IMG/VR virus record: IMGVR_UViG_3300030688_000001
From: a virus
DNA length: 64,000 bases
Direction: 5' to 3' (one strand)
The notes beneath the pieces are model-generated. The model was not told where the DNA came from. It ran no database searches and saw only the letters and a program-made list of their open reading frames with translations. Of this stretch, positions 18,880 through 28,419 are shown one piece after another. Numbering within the stretch: the stretch's first letter is position 1; each line of letters opens with the position of its first letter. A program made the position numbers and the translations under genes.

Positions 18880-19101
18880 TTAATGATACTTTTGTAATAG
18901 TTTCTCACTTTCCCAGGCCACAGCTTCATCAATAATAAATTCTTCCAAGGATTTTTTAACATTAGCTAATCTACCTTGGTCTATTCTACCCTTTAATTTA
19001 CTTTTAGGCAAATCAATATCTCTTAGTTGAGTTAGAGCTTCTATCAACTTATCTAATTTCTGTTGTTCGTTCAATACTAACCATACATCTCTAGTTATCA
19101 T
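18880..19101 (-). CDS. hypothetical protein
   Basis: 73-aa ORF in the operon. Confidence 0.55.
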   Translation of the reverse strand: MITRDVWLVLNEQQKLDKLIEALTQLRDIDLPKSKLKGRIDQGRLANVKKSLEEFIIDEAVAWESEKLLQKYH

Positions 19102-19117
19102 ATAAGGTCTTCTTCTT

Positions 19118-20839
19118 TCATTTCTCTATTTCTATGTTGTCTCCTGGCTCTAAATCACCTCTGTTATATGCAGCAACTACTTCTTGTTCAGTTTTATATT
19201 TTTTAGGAGTGTTATGTTTGTTTTCTGTACTTAGTCCATAAAGGCCCAAAGCTGCTTCATTACTAGGGATTAATACAGGTTGAAAAGATTTAACAGATAA
19301 TAAATTTTTGCTAGGCATCATTTTAGCTATAACTTCTTTACGTGCTTCTTCAGTGCCTGGAATATGGACATTAAGTTGGTCTCCGTCGGAATTTTTTGTA
19401 TATCCTCCTATAGTTAAGAAACTTCCGTAGTTTGGTATTTCCAAATCGTAAGCAGTATTAGATTGTAACTTAGTTACTCTTTTAACTTTCTTCCATTTTA
19501 AACTACCATTATACACCTTACCTAAATATGATATCCATTGTTCATTATTCTTTAACTCAACTAGAAGTATTTCAATTATTTCTTTTAAAGTGCTTTTACG
19601 AAATCTATCTGTTTTAAATTCCTGGCTTAATCTATATTTTAAATTATAAAGTTCCTTATTCTTTTGTAATTTATATTTATTATTAATAGCTGTAATTATA
19701 TTTTTTTTAACAGTTTCTGAAGGAAGTGGTACTAAGTCATTAAAGTTATCACCTATACCTGTTATATCTTTTAAGCTATTCTCTAATTTTTCCTTCTTCA
19801 ACTCATGACTTATTCTAAATTTTGTTCTTTCAACTAACTTTTTAAATGTCCCAGTATGAAATCTGAAGGAGAAATTATCTTTACTACTCAGCCTAGATGC
19901 CCCTTTATATACTCCATAATTTAAATTTAACCGTTTACTCATATATCTTAAACCGTTAATTAAATGAATTGATGATGTGCAGATACTTATATTTATAACT
20001 GTTTTATTAGAAGAACTGACACTTACTGTTCCATCAGTTGAGATTAACCCATCTAATATACCTAGTAGATGTTCTTCAGGACCGTTTAAACTAAAAGTAG
20101 GTATTTTCTTATTAAAAGCTCCACTCCCTATCTGCTCTTTTAACCACTTATTAAACCAGGCACAAGAAGCTCTAGTTTTACCTCTAGAAGTAAATTGCCC
20201 CATCATATTCTCACTAACTCTATCTATTTCTTTAACTCCATTTTCATAAGGAAGATATTCACTATTACATAAATCAGCAAATACTTTTCTATTCATTAAT
20301 TTTTCTTTGGTAGAACCGGCTAAGAAAAGTTGATTAGCATTATCTACCCAACCATCACCTAAAACCATTCCTATAAAAAGTCCGGTTTTATAATTAAGTT
20401 GCAAGTTAAATGAATTTTTAACAAATCCTTTTCCTCGTATTCCTTTCATTCCTCTAGTACCCATCATACCTTCAGCTAATACACTTGATTGAATATTGGG
20501 TGCTATAGTTGTAACATCACTAGGACAATACCTACCTACTGCCTCTTCGGTATCAACTTCTTCAATACCACTATCAGTATAAGCTAATAAACTATGATCT
20601 TTGGCTGCAAATATAAAATCCCCATCTATAAATTGTACCAAATATAAAGGTACATTAGGATGAATCGAGAATGTCTTTGGATTTACCCAATCTACTTCAC
20701 CAGTTATAAGGTTTAATGATTTTACTTCTACATTACTAGGTACATCATAAAGGATATTACCATTTATAGTAGTAGTGGCTGAATTTTCTATTCTAGGGAA
20801 ATCTGAAATAGGTACTAGTGTATATTTATAATTAATCAT
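19118..20839 (-). CDS. rpoC: C-terminal intein fragment (483 aa, with LAGLIDADG endonuclease) fused to a 90-aa RNAP beta-prime segment beginning SDGDQLNVH
   Basis: Block B AKDHSL; IGMVLGDG and LDGLISTDG motifs; block F AYDLEI; terminal Asn at 19391. The extein matches beta-prime DGDQMAVHVP..EA....M...N.L....P...PS.....GLY. Confidence 0.9.
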   Translation of the reverse strand: MINYKYTLVPISDFPRIENSATTTINGNILYDVPSNVEVKSLNLITGEVDWVNPKTFSIHPNVPLYLVQFIDGDFIFAAKDHSLLAYTDSGIEEVDTEEAVGRYCPSDVTTIAPNIQSSVLAEGMMGTRGMKGIRGKGFVKNSFNLQLNYKTGLFIGMVLGDGWVDNANQLFLAGSTKEKLMNRKVFADLCNSEYLPYENGVKEIDRVSENMMGQFTSRGKTRASCAWFNKWLKEQIGSGAFNKKIPTFSLNGPEEHLLGILDGLISTDGTVSVSSSNKTVINISICTSSIHLINGLRYMSKRLNLNYGVYKGASRLSSKDNFSFRFHTGTFKKLVERTKFRISHELKKEKLENSLKDITGIGDNFNDLVPLPSETVKKNIITAINNKYKLQKNKELYNLKYRLSQEFKTDRFRKSTLKEIIEILLVELKNNEQWISYLGKVYNGSLKWKKVKRVTKLQSNTAYDLEIPNYGSFLTIGGYTKNSDGDQLNVHIPGTEEARKEVIAKMMPSKNLLSVKSFQPVLIPSNEAALGLYGLSTENKHNTPKKYKTEQEVVAAYNRGDLEPGDNIEIEK

Positions 20840-20845
20840 ATAGAC

Positions 20846-20874
20846 ACAATACGGTGACTAGTTGAACTTGTCAA
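20846..20874 (-). promoter_or_regulatory. sigma70-type promoter for a leaderless IntC-rpoC transcript
   Basis: TTGACA (20874-20869), 17 nt, TATTGT (20851-20846), 6 nt, then ATG at 20839. The upstream TGA stop lies inside the -35 box. Confidence 0.7.
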
Positions 20875-23666
20875 TTAATTTTCTCTCTATAAATAATATA
20901 ATCTACAATACTATCCGCACCATACCCCTTAAATACTAATGGATTCATTTTAATAGTTTTATCTTTAGAATTTGGATTAGCAATTAAATTAAACCCTAAT
21001 AGATTATATTTATGCCAGGCTGGATCTCGCGTTATAATACCAGGTCTTACTGCCATCTCTTCCTTTAATGCCATAACTGCTAATGGACTATGTTTTTTAA
21101 CATAATCAACCGCACTAATAGCTGGTACACCCTTCATAACCAACCTTCTAATAACAAAAGGTTTATATATCTGCCACAGCATATCTTGAGGTACACTAGC
21201 CTGGTCTACATCCAATCTAGTATCTGGAGTTAACACAGCTCTTCCCACCAAATCCAGACTCTTATTAACCACCTTACTCTGAAACATTGTACTTTTAGCC
21301 GTTCCACCCTTTAATCCAAACATAGTAGCTAATATACCTTTAACATTCTTATCCTGGTGTTTCTTATTAATTGGATCACCCAAACCAAAGGCAGCTTTTA
21401 CTCCATCATATTCATTTTGTTTTAATTTCCTAACTACTTCGTCCGGCACATTCTCAGTATTTTTAAGTGCATTGTTATTTAGTATGAGGTCTTTATATAG
21501 ATTATTAACATCACTAGTTAATACTACATCACCCATCTTACTAGCAGGTCTGTATTGGGCTGGTAGAATAGGTACTTTATGCAACATCAAATCTTTAGGA
21601 TGTAACTTATGTTCTTTTAGTGTAGTGAGAAATTCTAACAATTTAACGGCATCATCTCTTCTAGTCTTCTTCTCACTACCTATATACTTCTTCATTTCTT
21701 CTATCTTCTTATCCAGATCTATATTATTAAGGGCTTTTTCCATTTCCCCATCCACTACCATATCATTAAACTTAAACTTGGTAACTCCTAACAACTTTCT
21801 GAGATAATCCTCACTAATAGGATTAGGTATGGGATGATTAAGATTTATGTGATTAAACTTGTCACCTAATATGCCTATTATATTAGGATCAAATAGTCCG
21901 CCAGGTTCATGTATTAGTTCTTCTTGATGTGGCTTGAATAATGAAGGTTTCTTAATTTCACCATTACTCAAAGCAGTAGTATCCTTATCTGTTAAAGGTA
22001 GGATATTAAAGGTATTACCAACTCTATCTACATTAATACCGGCAGCTTTTAAACTATCTATGAACTTGTTAAAGATGAATGGAACTTTAGGGCTGGGTGG
22101 GGTTTGGCCCAATTTAATAGCACGCCAGAATTCATCATTCTGAGTACCTTTAACAGTACCTATATCCTCCAATACATGTCTGACATCATGACTTAGCAAA
22201 GCTGTAGTACCTAAATTTCCTATTCTCTTTGATGAACCACCTTCCACTGCTGACTTACTTGGTTGCCGGTCGAAACTGTATCCGGACCCCTGACTTCTAG
22301 TACTTAGTTTATCTTCACTAATATGAGTTAACCTACTATAGAATAATGGACCTACAACTGCTTCAATATTTCTACCAGTAATTGGATCATATAGTTGTTC
22401 AGTATCATTTATATTATTCTTCTTTAATACATTAATTACATTCTTAATAGATGAATCCTTTCTAAACTGATCCATTTTAATAGTCTTACCAGTCTTCTCA
22501 GCTAATTTACCAAGGCCTAGAGTTATGGCTAAGGCTGGTGCAACTCTTGACGTGATGGACATGGAGTTAAGCATGATATCAACTGGCTTCCCATTAGGTA
22601 GTAGTGGAGCTTGTGAGTCTGATACAATCTTCGTTACACCCTTAGCTCCAAAGTAATTAGAAATCTTATCACCAGGTAATAGACTTCTTACCGTCTTGAT
22701 ATGTACTGTAATAAGTGGGCCATGTTTGGTTACATCCACTACTTCTCCATCATGTTCGTAGTCCCAGGCTTCTGAATTATCTTTGAATGCATGTTTTAAT
22801 ACTTTACTCAGCTTACCTAATGCCAAATCTGTACTCTTTAATGCTCTGGGTGAGTAAGCCAGGATTACCGGGTCTCCAGCTTTCAATCTAGACCCTACTA
22901 TAACCACTCCATCTGAATCTATATTTTTAATTTGATTATTCGTATATTTATTAGGAAATAGTGCTACAAATTTATCCTTGCCTGCCTCTACTCCAAATTT
23001 CTCTTCAATACTAAAATTGATCATTTGTTCTGCTGCCAACTTTTTAGCACCACTTTCAGTCACTGCAAAAGCATCCTCAAAGTTGTCTGAGCGGTACGGG
23101 ATTATAGCAGTAGTAAGGTTAGTTCCCATCGCCATATTACCTTCTTTATCATTATAATTACTGTAAGCTATTACTTCATTAGTTTTAACTTTATCACCAA
23201 CCTTCACTTTAGGGGTATGAGTAATAAAGCTTTTCCTGCCTAAATGAAAGTTATTATATAGTTGATAGGTAGACTTGGTTTTATCTGTATTATCTACTTT
23301 AATATGATTTTCAGTAACTTCAGTAACAGTACCAGGTTTAGTTGCAGTTACAGATAAATAATGTTTACCATATAGTTCTTGAGTACTTTCTTTGTTAGTG
23401 TCATCTGAACTTTCTACTAACGGACGTTCAGGATTTACTAAAGGTATAGCTTGGAGAGAAGCCTTGGCTCCTAGTAACACACGCCCGCCGGAAACTGAAT
23501 TTAGCCCAGTAATCATGTTAGTAGGTAAAGCAAATAAATCCCTACTCGAAGGCATGGATATATGATCTTCATTTAGTTTGTCCACCTTCTCAAAATTTCC
23601 CTTATTAAGTACAGTATAACTCATATTTTGATTATATACTCTTATTATTGATTTCCACAACCTCAA
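20871..23666 (-). CDS. rpoB: fused RNAP beta C-terminal / beta-prime N-terminal subunit ending in a 13-aa N-intein
   Basis: Beta blocks GRVLLGAKASLQAIP, YRSDNFEDA, GDKISNYFGAKGV and RLTHISEDKLSTRS. Beta-prime blocks GGLFDP, PILPAQYRP, SDVNNLY, DLVGRAVL, RDPAWH and GYGAD, followed by SIVDYIIYREKIN*. Probable start ATG 23624. Confidence 0.9.
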   Translation of the reverse strand: MRLWKSIIRVYNQNMSYTVLNKGNFEKVDKLNEDHISMPSSRDLFALPTNMITGLNSVSGGRVLLGAKASLQAIPLVNPERPLVESSDDTNKESTQELYGKHYLSVTATKPGTVTEVTENHIKVDNTDKTKSTYQLYNNFHLGRKSFITHTPKVKVGDKVKTNEVIAYSNYNDKEGNMAMGTNLTTAIIPYRSDNFEDAFAVTESGAKKLAAEQMINFSIEEKFGVEAGKDKFVALFPNKYTNNQIKNIDSDGVVIVGSRLKAGDPVILAYSPRALKSTDLALGKLSKVLKHAFKDNSEAWDYEHDGEVVDVTKHGPLITVHIKTVRSLLPGDKISNYFGAKGVTKIVSDSQAPLLPNGKPVDIMLNSMSITSRVAPALAITLGLGKLAEKTGKTIKMDQFRKDSSIKNVINVLKKNNINDTEQLYDPITGRNIEAVVGPLFYSRLTHISEDKLSTRSQGSGYSFDRQPSKSAVEGGSSKRIGNLGTTALLSHDVRHVLEDIGTVKGTQNDEFWRAIKLGQTPPSPKVPFIFNKFIDSLKAAGINVDRVGNTFNILPLTDKDTTALSNGEIKKPSLFKPHQEELIHEPGGLFDPNIIGILGDKFNHINLNHPIPNPISEDYLRKLLGVTKFKFNDMVVDGEMEKALNNIDLDKKIEEMKKYIGSEKKTRRDDAVKLLEFLTTLKEHKLHPKDLMLHKVPILPAQYRPASKMGDVVLTSDVNNLYKDLILNNNALKNTENVPDEVVRKLKQNEYDGVKAAFGLGDPINKKHQDKNVKGILATMFGLKGGTAKSTMFQSKVVNKSLDLVGRAVLTPDTRLDVDQASVPQDMLWQIYKPFVIRRLVMKGVPAISAVDYVKKHSPLAVMALKEEMAVRPGIITRDPAWHKYNLLGFNLIANPNSKDKTIKMNPLVFKGYGADSIVDYIIYREKIN

Positions 23667-23715
23667 ACTTTAGTCTTTAATTAACCTGGAATATACATTA
23701 AACTAGGTTAGATTT

Positions 23716-24066
23716 ATGAAGAGTTGGATTATTATTGTATTTAGCTTGATTAGTATTAGTATTGAAGCACAACAATTAAATAAAGTCTATCTAAATCACT
23801 TATTAGACGCTATTTATCTAGCTGAGGGTGGGGCTAATACTAAATATCCTTATGGAGTGATTGGAGATTTTAAAAAGAGTCCAAGAATTATAGCTGCCAA
23901 TACTATAAAACATAATTACAATAACTGGTTAAATAGTAGTTCTAAAACAGATTTCTTAAGATATCTACAACAACACTATTGTCCTATAAATGCTAAAAAT
24001 GACCCTAATCATTTAAATGATAACTGGTATAAGAATGTATCTTTAATAATGAAACAGTATGAATAA
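23716..24066 (+). CDS. small secreted lysozyme/glucosaminidase-like protein
   Basis: Signal-like N-terminus; AIYLAEGG and YCPINAKNDPNHLNDNWYKNV resemble lysozyme-superfamily cell-wall hydrolases. Confidence 0.45.
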   Translation: MKSWIIIVFSLISISIEAQQLNKVYLNHLLDAIYLAEGGANTKYPYGVIGDFKKSPRIIAANTIKHNYNNWLNSSSKTDFLRYLQQHYCPINAKNDPNHLNDNWYKNVSLIMKQYE

Positions 24067-24736
24067 GTTAGATGCATTTATTAATGGTTTTATCAAGGCT
24101 GCTGGCCCACTCCCTCCACCTCCTCCACCTCCTACACCTCCTACACCTCCAAAAATTCCGATGATTTCATTACCACACAATGCTTATACTGTTGGTGGTC
24201 TCCCTCCAAATATGCATAATTTTGTTAATAAAGGTGGTAATACCCTTAATATAAATGCTCACGGTGGTCCTGATAGTGCTATTAATGGAGAATATGCATT
24301 TCAAAGTGATTCTAATAATTCTAAAAACTTGCTTTATAACAATGAACCACTAACTTATACTCCTCAAACATTGGCTAAACTTATTGGTCCAGCTACTAAC
24401 AATATCAATAATATTTATACTACTGCTTGTAATGGTGGGGATTGCTCCAATACTAATGTGAGTCCAAACGAAGTGCTTAAAGGGTTTGCTACTCCAGCTA
24501 TGTACCGTAAATTATTCCCTAATCTTACTAACGTTGTTCAAATCCCTCCCAGGCATTATGGTCCATTAATTCCAAGTCAATTTAAGACTAATGAATACCC
24601 AGACGTAGTGAATATAATAAATAGAATTATTAAAGATAGGAATCCTAATGATCCAATAACTACAAGCTTGCCTCATCAATATAATCTACAAGGTGGTACT
24701 AATTGGGTGGATAAAGGGACTTACTATAATTACTGA
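24059..24736 (+). CDS. FINGFIKAA-leader protein with Pro-rich linker and possible clan CD cysteine-peptidase domain
   Basis: LNINAHGG and IYTTACNGG resemble the His-Gly / Ala-Cys dyad. Confidence 0.5.
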   Translation: MNKLDAFINGFIKAAGPLPPPPPPPTPPTPPKIPMISLPHNAYTVGGLPPNMHNFVNKGGNTLNINAHGGPDSAINGEYAFQSDSNNSKNLLYNNEPLTYTPQTLAKLIGPATNNINNIYTTACNGGDCSNTNVSPNEVLKGFATPAMYRKLFPNLTNVVQIPPRHYGPLIPSQFKTNEYPDVVNIINRIIKDRNPNDPITTSLPHQYNLQGGTNWVDKGTYYNY

Positions 24737-27593
24737 TATGACAGACCGACACAATGTATATGTAGTTGAATTGGATAAGGAGGTCTTAGCTAAAAAAAAG
24801 TTTTTAAAGTTGAATCCTAACTACAATCCAGAACTACCTCCACTTTATGTAGGAGAGACTGGTTTGAGTCCTGAAGCTAGATTCGAGAAACATAAAACTG
24901 GACTAAAAGCCAATATCTGGGTAAAGAATCATGGGCTTAGACTTAGGCCTGAACATTATAAAGATTTAAATCCCATGCCATTTCATAAAGCTGAAAGAAC
25001 CGAGGAATGGTTGGCAAAGAAGTTAAGGGCTGAGGGTTATCCAGTAGTAGGTGGGAATCCTAGAACCGTACCTTTGAAGAAGGAGGCTGGTGAAGAAGCG
25101 TTACAACCTCAACAAGCTAGAGTAATTAAGAAGATTCAAGATAAGAATACTTCAGGGTTAGTGCTTTATCATGGGATGGGTAGTGGAAAAGGATTGGTTA
25201 TAGGCTCAAAGATATTAACACCTACAGGGTGGATAAATATAGAAGATATAAAACAAAACACAGAAGTGATTTCTGTTAATGGTGTGAAAGCTAATGTGAC
25301 TGGAGTCTATCCTCAAGGGTATAAAGATGTGTATAAAATTACTTTTAGGGATGGTGCTACTATAGAATGTGATGATTCTCATTTATGGTTCACTCAATCT
25401 AGATGTGAACGTAAAAATTACGTTAAAAGCAAGGATCAATTTAAATATAGGTGGGTAGGTAAAGTCAGGAGTACAAGCGAAATTAAAGATACAGTATTAT
25501 CTAATGATAATAGTTTAAATTATACTATTCCTATTGTGAAACCTATTCATTTTAAATATAGAAAACTTCCACTAGACCCGTATTTTGTTGGTTTGATTTT
25601 AGGAGATGGTAGTATTTGTGGAGGTGGCTGTGCGATAACAACAGCAGATGACGAAATTCTGCAATCAATTAAGTCTTTATTTCCAAATTTTACTCTTAAA
25701 AAATATTCTAAATATACTTATGGATTAGGTAAACCAAAAGGATATAACAGTTACATTGTTCAAGCATTTAAAGAATTAAAATTACAAGGTATGAATTGTT
25801 TTACAAAATTTATACCTGATATTTATATGTTTAACACAGTGAAATCTCGCATAGCATTATTACAAGGGTTAATGGATACTGATGGTACTGTAAGTAAAGA
25901 TGGTATGGCTATAGTTTATGAGTCCGTCTCAAAACAGTTAGCAGATGGTGTGCAATTCCTTGTTGAATCACTAGGAGGTTTAGCAAAGATAACAACTAGA
26001 ATTCCAACATATTCATATAAAGGAGAAAAAAAGAAAGGAGCTTTATGTTATAGGGTTTGGTTAAGTTTACCACCAAATATCAATCCATTTAGATTACACA
26101 GAAAAGCAATTCAAGTAATTCCTAAGACTAAATATAAACCAACTAGATATATAAAAAGTATAGAATATGTTGGAAAAAAAGAGACAATCTGTATTGCAAT
26201 CGATGACCCTTCTCATCTATATATTACTGAACATTGTATAGTTACGCACAATACACGCGAAAGTATTGAATCCTGGAAAGCATTAGGATTACCTAAGACT
26301 GATATCATTGTTCCAGCTTCATTAAAATCCAACTATCGTAAAGAGTTGCAGAGATGGTATGGCAATTCTAATCCTTCTAATATCAACTTAATTAGTCAAC
26401 AAAGATTTGCTAATTCTAAGTTAAATACTCCAATATACAATACTGGTTTGCAGATAGTAGATGAAGCTCAAAAAGCTAAAAATAGTAATAGTGAATTATA
26501 TCAAGCATTGGTTAAAACGAATCCAGCCAAGCGCCTTCTCCTTTCAGGAACTCCAATTCTAAATGATCCTACTGAATTAAGTAATCTTGTTAACTTAGTA
26601 GCAAAGAAACAAGTATTACCTAATAATTTATCTGAGTTTAAAAAACAATATTTTAAACAGGAAGAAGTTAAACCTGGATTTTTTGGTAGATTAATGGGAG
26701 TTTCTCCAGGCATTCAATATAAGCTACAGAATAAAGCTCAACTATCTAAGATTCTGGATAAGTATGTTGACTACTATAAACCTACTCAAGAAGGATATCC
26801 TACTGTGACGGAGCAAGAAGTTAATGTTCCTATGGGTGCTAAACAACAAGAGATATATGATACAATACTCGGAAAGACACCATTTTGGACACGTTATCGA
26901 ATTAAACATAATTTACCTCCTGGACGTGGTGAATTAGAAGGTATGCGAGCATTTTTAAGTGGACCTAGACAAGTAAGCAATTCAACTGCTGGATTTACTA
27001 AAAATTTAAGAGACGTGGAATCCCCTAAAATAGATGCAGCTTTTAAGTTTTTACAAATACAATTAAAACAAGATCCAAACTATAAAGCTCTAGTATATAG
27101 TAATTATCTTAATAATGGTCTTAGACCTTATGAATCATTATTAAGAAAGAATAATATACCATTTGGAGAGTTTAGTGGAGCTGTAACACCTACTATAAGA
27201 GACCAGGCAGTTAAAGATTATAATGCTAATAAATTAAGAGCATTATTAGTATCAGGAGCTGGGGCTGAAGGATTGGATTTGAAGGCTACAAATTTGACAC
27301 AACTTTTGGAACCTTTTTGGAACCTTCCTAAAGAGAGACAAGTTATCGGAAGATCAGTACGTTTCCATAGTCATGATAGTTTGCCTCCAGAAAAGAGAAA
27401 GGTTTTAGTGCAACGTTATTTTGCCACACCAAAACCTAGTTTATTGGATAAACTTACATTCAATCCCAAACCTACTGGTACAGATTCATATATTAGAAAT
27501 TCAATCAGTAAACCAAAAGATAATCTTAATCAAGAAATAACTAATTTAATAGCCAAGAATCAAGAACCTAAATCTTGGCTTAACTACAATTAA
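24693..27593 (+). CDS. GIY-YIG-like domain fused to SNF2/SF2 helicase, intein-containing
   Basis: NVYVVEL, LYVGETG and RFEKH motifs; Walker A HGMGSGK|T; IVDEAQ; LLSGTP; GAGAEGLDL; QVIGRSVR. Probable start ATG 24738. Confidence 0.85.
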   Translation: MVLIGWIKGLTIITDMTDRHNVYVVELDKEVLAKKKFLKLNPNYNPELPPLYVGETGLSPEARFEKHKTGLKANIWVKNHGLRLRPEHYKDLNPMPFHKAERTEEWLAKKLRAEGYPVVGGNPRTVPLKKEAGEEALQPQQARVIKKIQDKNTSGLVLYHGMGSGKGLVIGSKILTPTGWINIEDIKQNTEVISVNGVKANVTGVYPQGYKDVYKITFRDGATIECDDSHLWFTQSRCERKNYVKSKDQFKYRWVGKVRSTSEIKDTVLSNDNSLNYTIPIVKPIHFKYRKLPLDPYFVGLILGDGSICGGGCAITTADDEILQSIKSLFPNFTLKKYSKYTYGLGKPKGYNSYIVQAFKELKLQGMNCFTKFIPDIYMFNTVKSRIALLQGLMDTDGTVSKDGMAIVYESVSKQLADGVQFLVESLGGLAKITTRIPTYSYKGEKKKGALCYRVWLSLPPNINPFRLHRKAIQVIPKTKYKPTRYIKSIEYVGKKETICIAIDDPSHLYITEHCIVTHNTRESIESWKALGLPKTDIIVPASLKSNYRKELQRWYGNSNPSNINLISQQRFANSKLNTPIYNTGLQIVDEAQKAKNSNSELYQALVKTNPAKRLLLSGTPILNDPTELSNLVNLVAKKQVLPNNLSEFKKQYFKQEEVKPGFFGRLMGVSPGIQYKLQNKAQLSKILDKYVDYYKPTQEGYPTVTEQEVNVPMGAKQQEIYDTILGKTPFWTRYRIKHNLPPGRGELEGMRAFLSGPRQVSNSTAGFTKNLRDVESPKIDAAFKFLQIQLKQDPNYKALVYSNYLNNGLRPYESLLRKNNIPFGEFSGAVTPTIRDQAVKDYNANKLRALLVSGAGAEGLDLKATNLTQLLEPFWNLPKERQVIGRSVRFHSHDSLPPEKRKVLVQRYFATPKPSLLDKLTFNPKPTGTDSYIRNSISKPKDNLNQEITNLIAKNQEPKSWLNYN
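25191..26252 (+). mobile_element. 354-aa class 3 intein with LAGLIDADG endonuclease, inserted in Walker A
   Basis: Starts with Gly (GLVIGS). WCT triplet: HLW in block B, ICIAID in block F, VTHN in block G. +1 residue Thr. GLILGDG and QGLMDTDG motifs. Confidence 0.88.
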
Positions 27594-27844
27594 GCTTTCT
27601 CTTCCTTTTCCTGCTCCTTAGCTAATTGCAGTATTTTCCGCATCAAGTCTGGGGTGAATCTTAGCGGCTGATCTCCGAAATCAAATACATTGCATAGTTC
27701 ATCCATTACCGAACTAGCGATTGTATTTATAACTACCTCAGGTTTGCTAAAGTTATTCACATCTTTAAGTAATGCCTCAACTCCAGAAGTAACTCCACTA
27801 ACCACTGAATTTTCTGTAACGATATAAGAATTAATATTTATCAT
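27590..27844 (-). CDS. hypothetical protein
   Basis: 84-aa ORF directly behind a promoter. Confidence 0.6.
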   Translation of the reverse strand: MININSYIVTENSVVSGVTSGVEALLKDVNNFSKPEVVINTIASSVMDELCNVFDFGDQPLRFTPDLMRKILQLAKEQEKEEKA

Positions 27845-27851
27845 AACTGTA

Positions 27852-27879
27852 AATATAGCTTAATATTTTCTTATGTCAA
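27852..27879 (-). promoter_or_regulatory. sigma70-type promoter (leaderless)
   Basis: TTGACA, 16 nt, TATATT, 7 nt, then ATG 27844. Confidence 0.55.
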
Positions 27880-27921
27880 TTACTGATAGCTAAAAAAAGG
27901 GATTTGCAGTCTCCCCTCTCA

Positions 27922-28419
27922 TTACAACAAGTCTTTATAAGCCTGTACTGCCAAACTATCTGCTTCTTCATTTAGAGGATTTCCGGCATGGCCCTTAGTC
28001 CATTCCCAGGTAATCTTTAATTTATCCATAAAACAATCCATAGTTTCCCACAGTACTTTATTTTTTACTGGTTTTTTATCTTTTGTCCTCCAACCATTTC
28101 TCTTCCAATTAGTTATCCATAGACTAGCTCCCAATACTACATACTCACTATCAGCAATTACTTTAACTATAGTACCTAGTTCGGGATTGTCTAGTATGTA
28201 TGATAATCCTAAAATAGCACCATAAATTTCCATCTGGTTATTAGTAACATCAGGGTAAGCCGCAGTTAATCTTTTTATTACTATATCGTCATTACATATA
28301 ATGGCGCTACACCCACCAACCTTATCTTTTGAACTTGCTCCACCATCTGTATAAATTATTAAAGCCATATTGTTGTTATTGTAAAAATTGTTATTGTTTG
28401 GTATTATATCATTATGCAT
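27922..28419 (-). CDS. rnhA: ribonuclease HI
   Basis: YTDGG, TNNQMEI, DSEYV, WKRNGW, VKNKVLW and KGHAGNPLNEEADSLA motifs; probable start ATG 28368. Confidence 0.95.
   Translation of the reverse strand: MHNDIIPNNNNFYNNNNMALIIYTDGGASSKDKVGGCSAIICNDDIVIKRLTAAYPDVTNNQMEIYGAILGLSYILDNPELGTIVKVIADSEYVVLGASLWITNWKRNGWRTKDKKPVKNKVLWETMDCFMDKLKITWEWTKGHAGNPLNEEADSLAVQAYKDLL

Noticed and set aside
20830-20873. Stop-codon readthrough or alternative genetic code joining the two RNAP genes
   Set aside because: Reading through TGA hits TAA after 12 codons, and the downstream ORF is in the +1 frame; long ORFs elsewhere terminate normally
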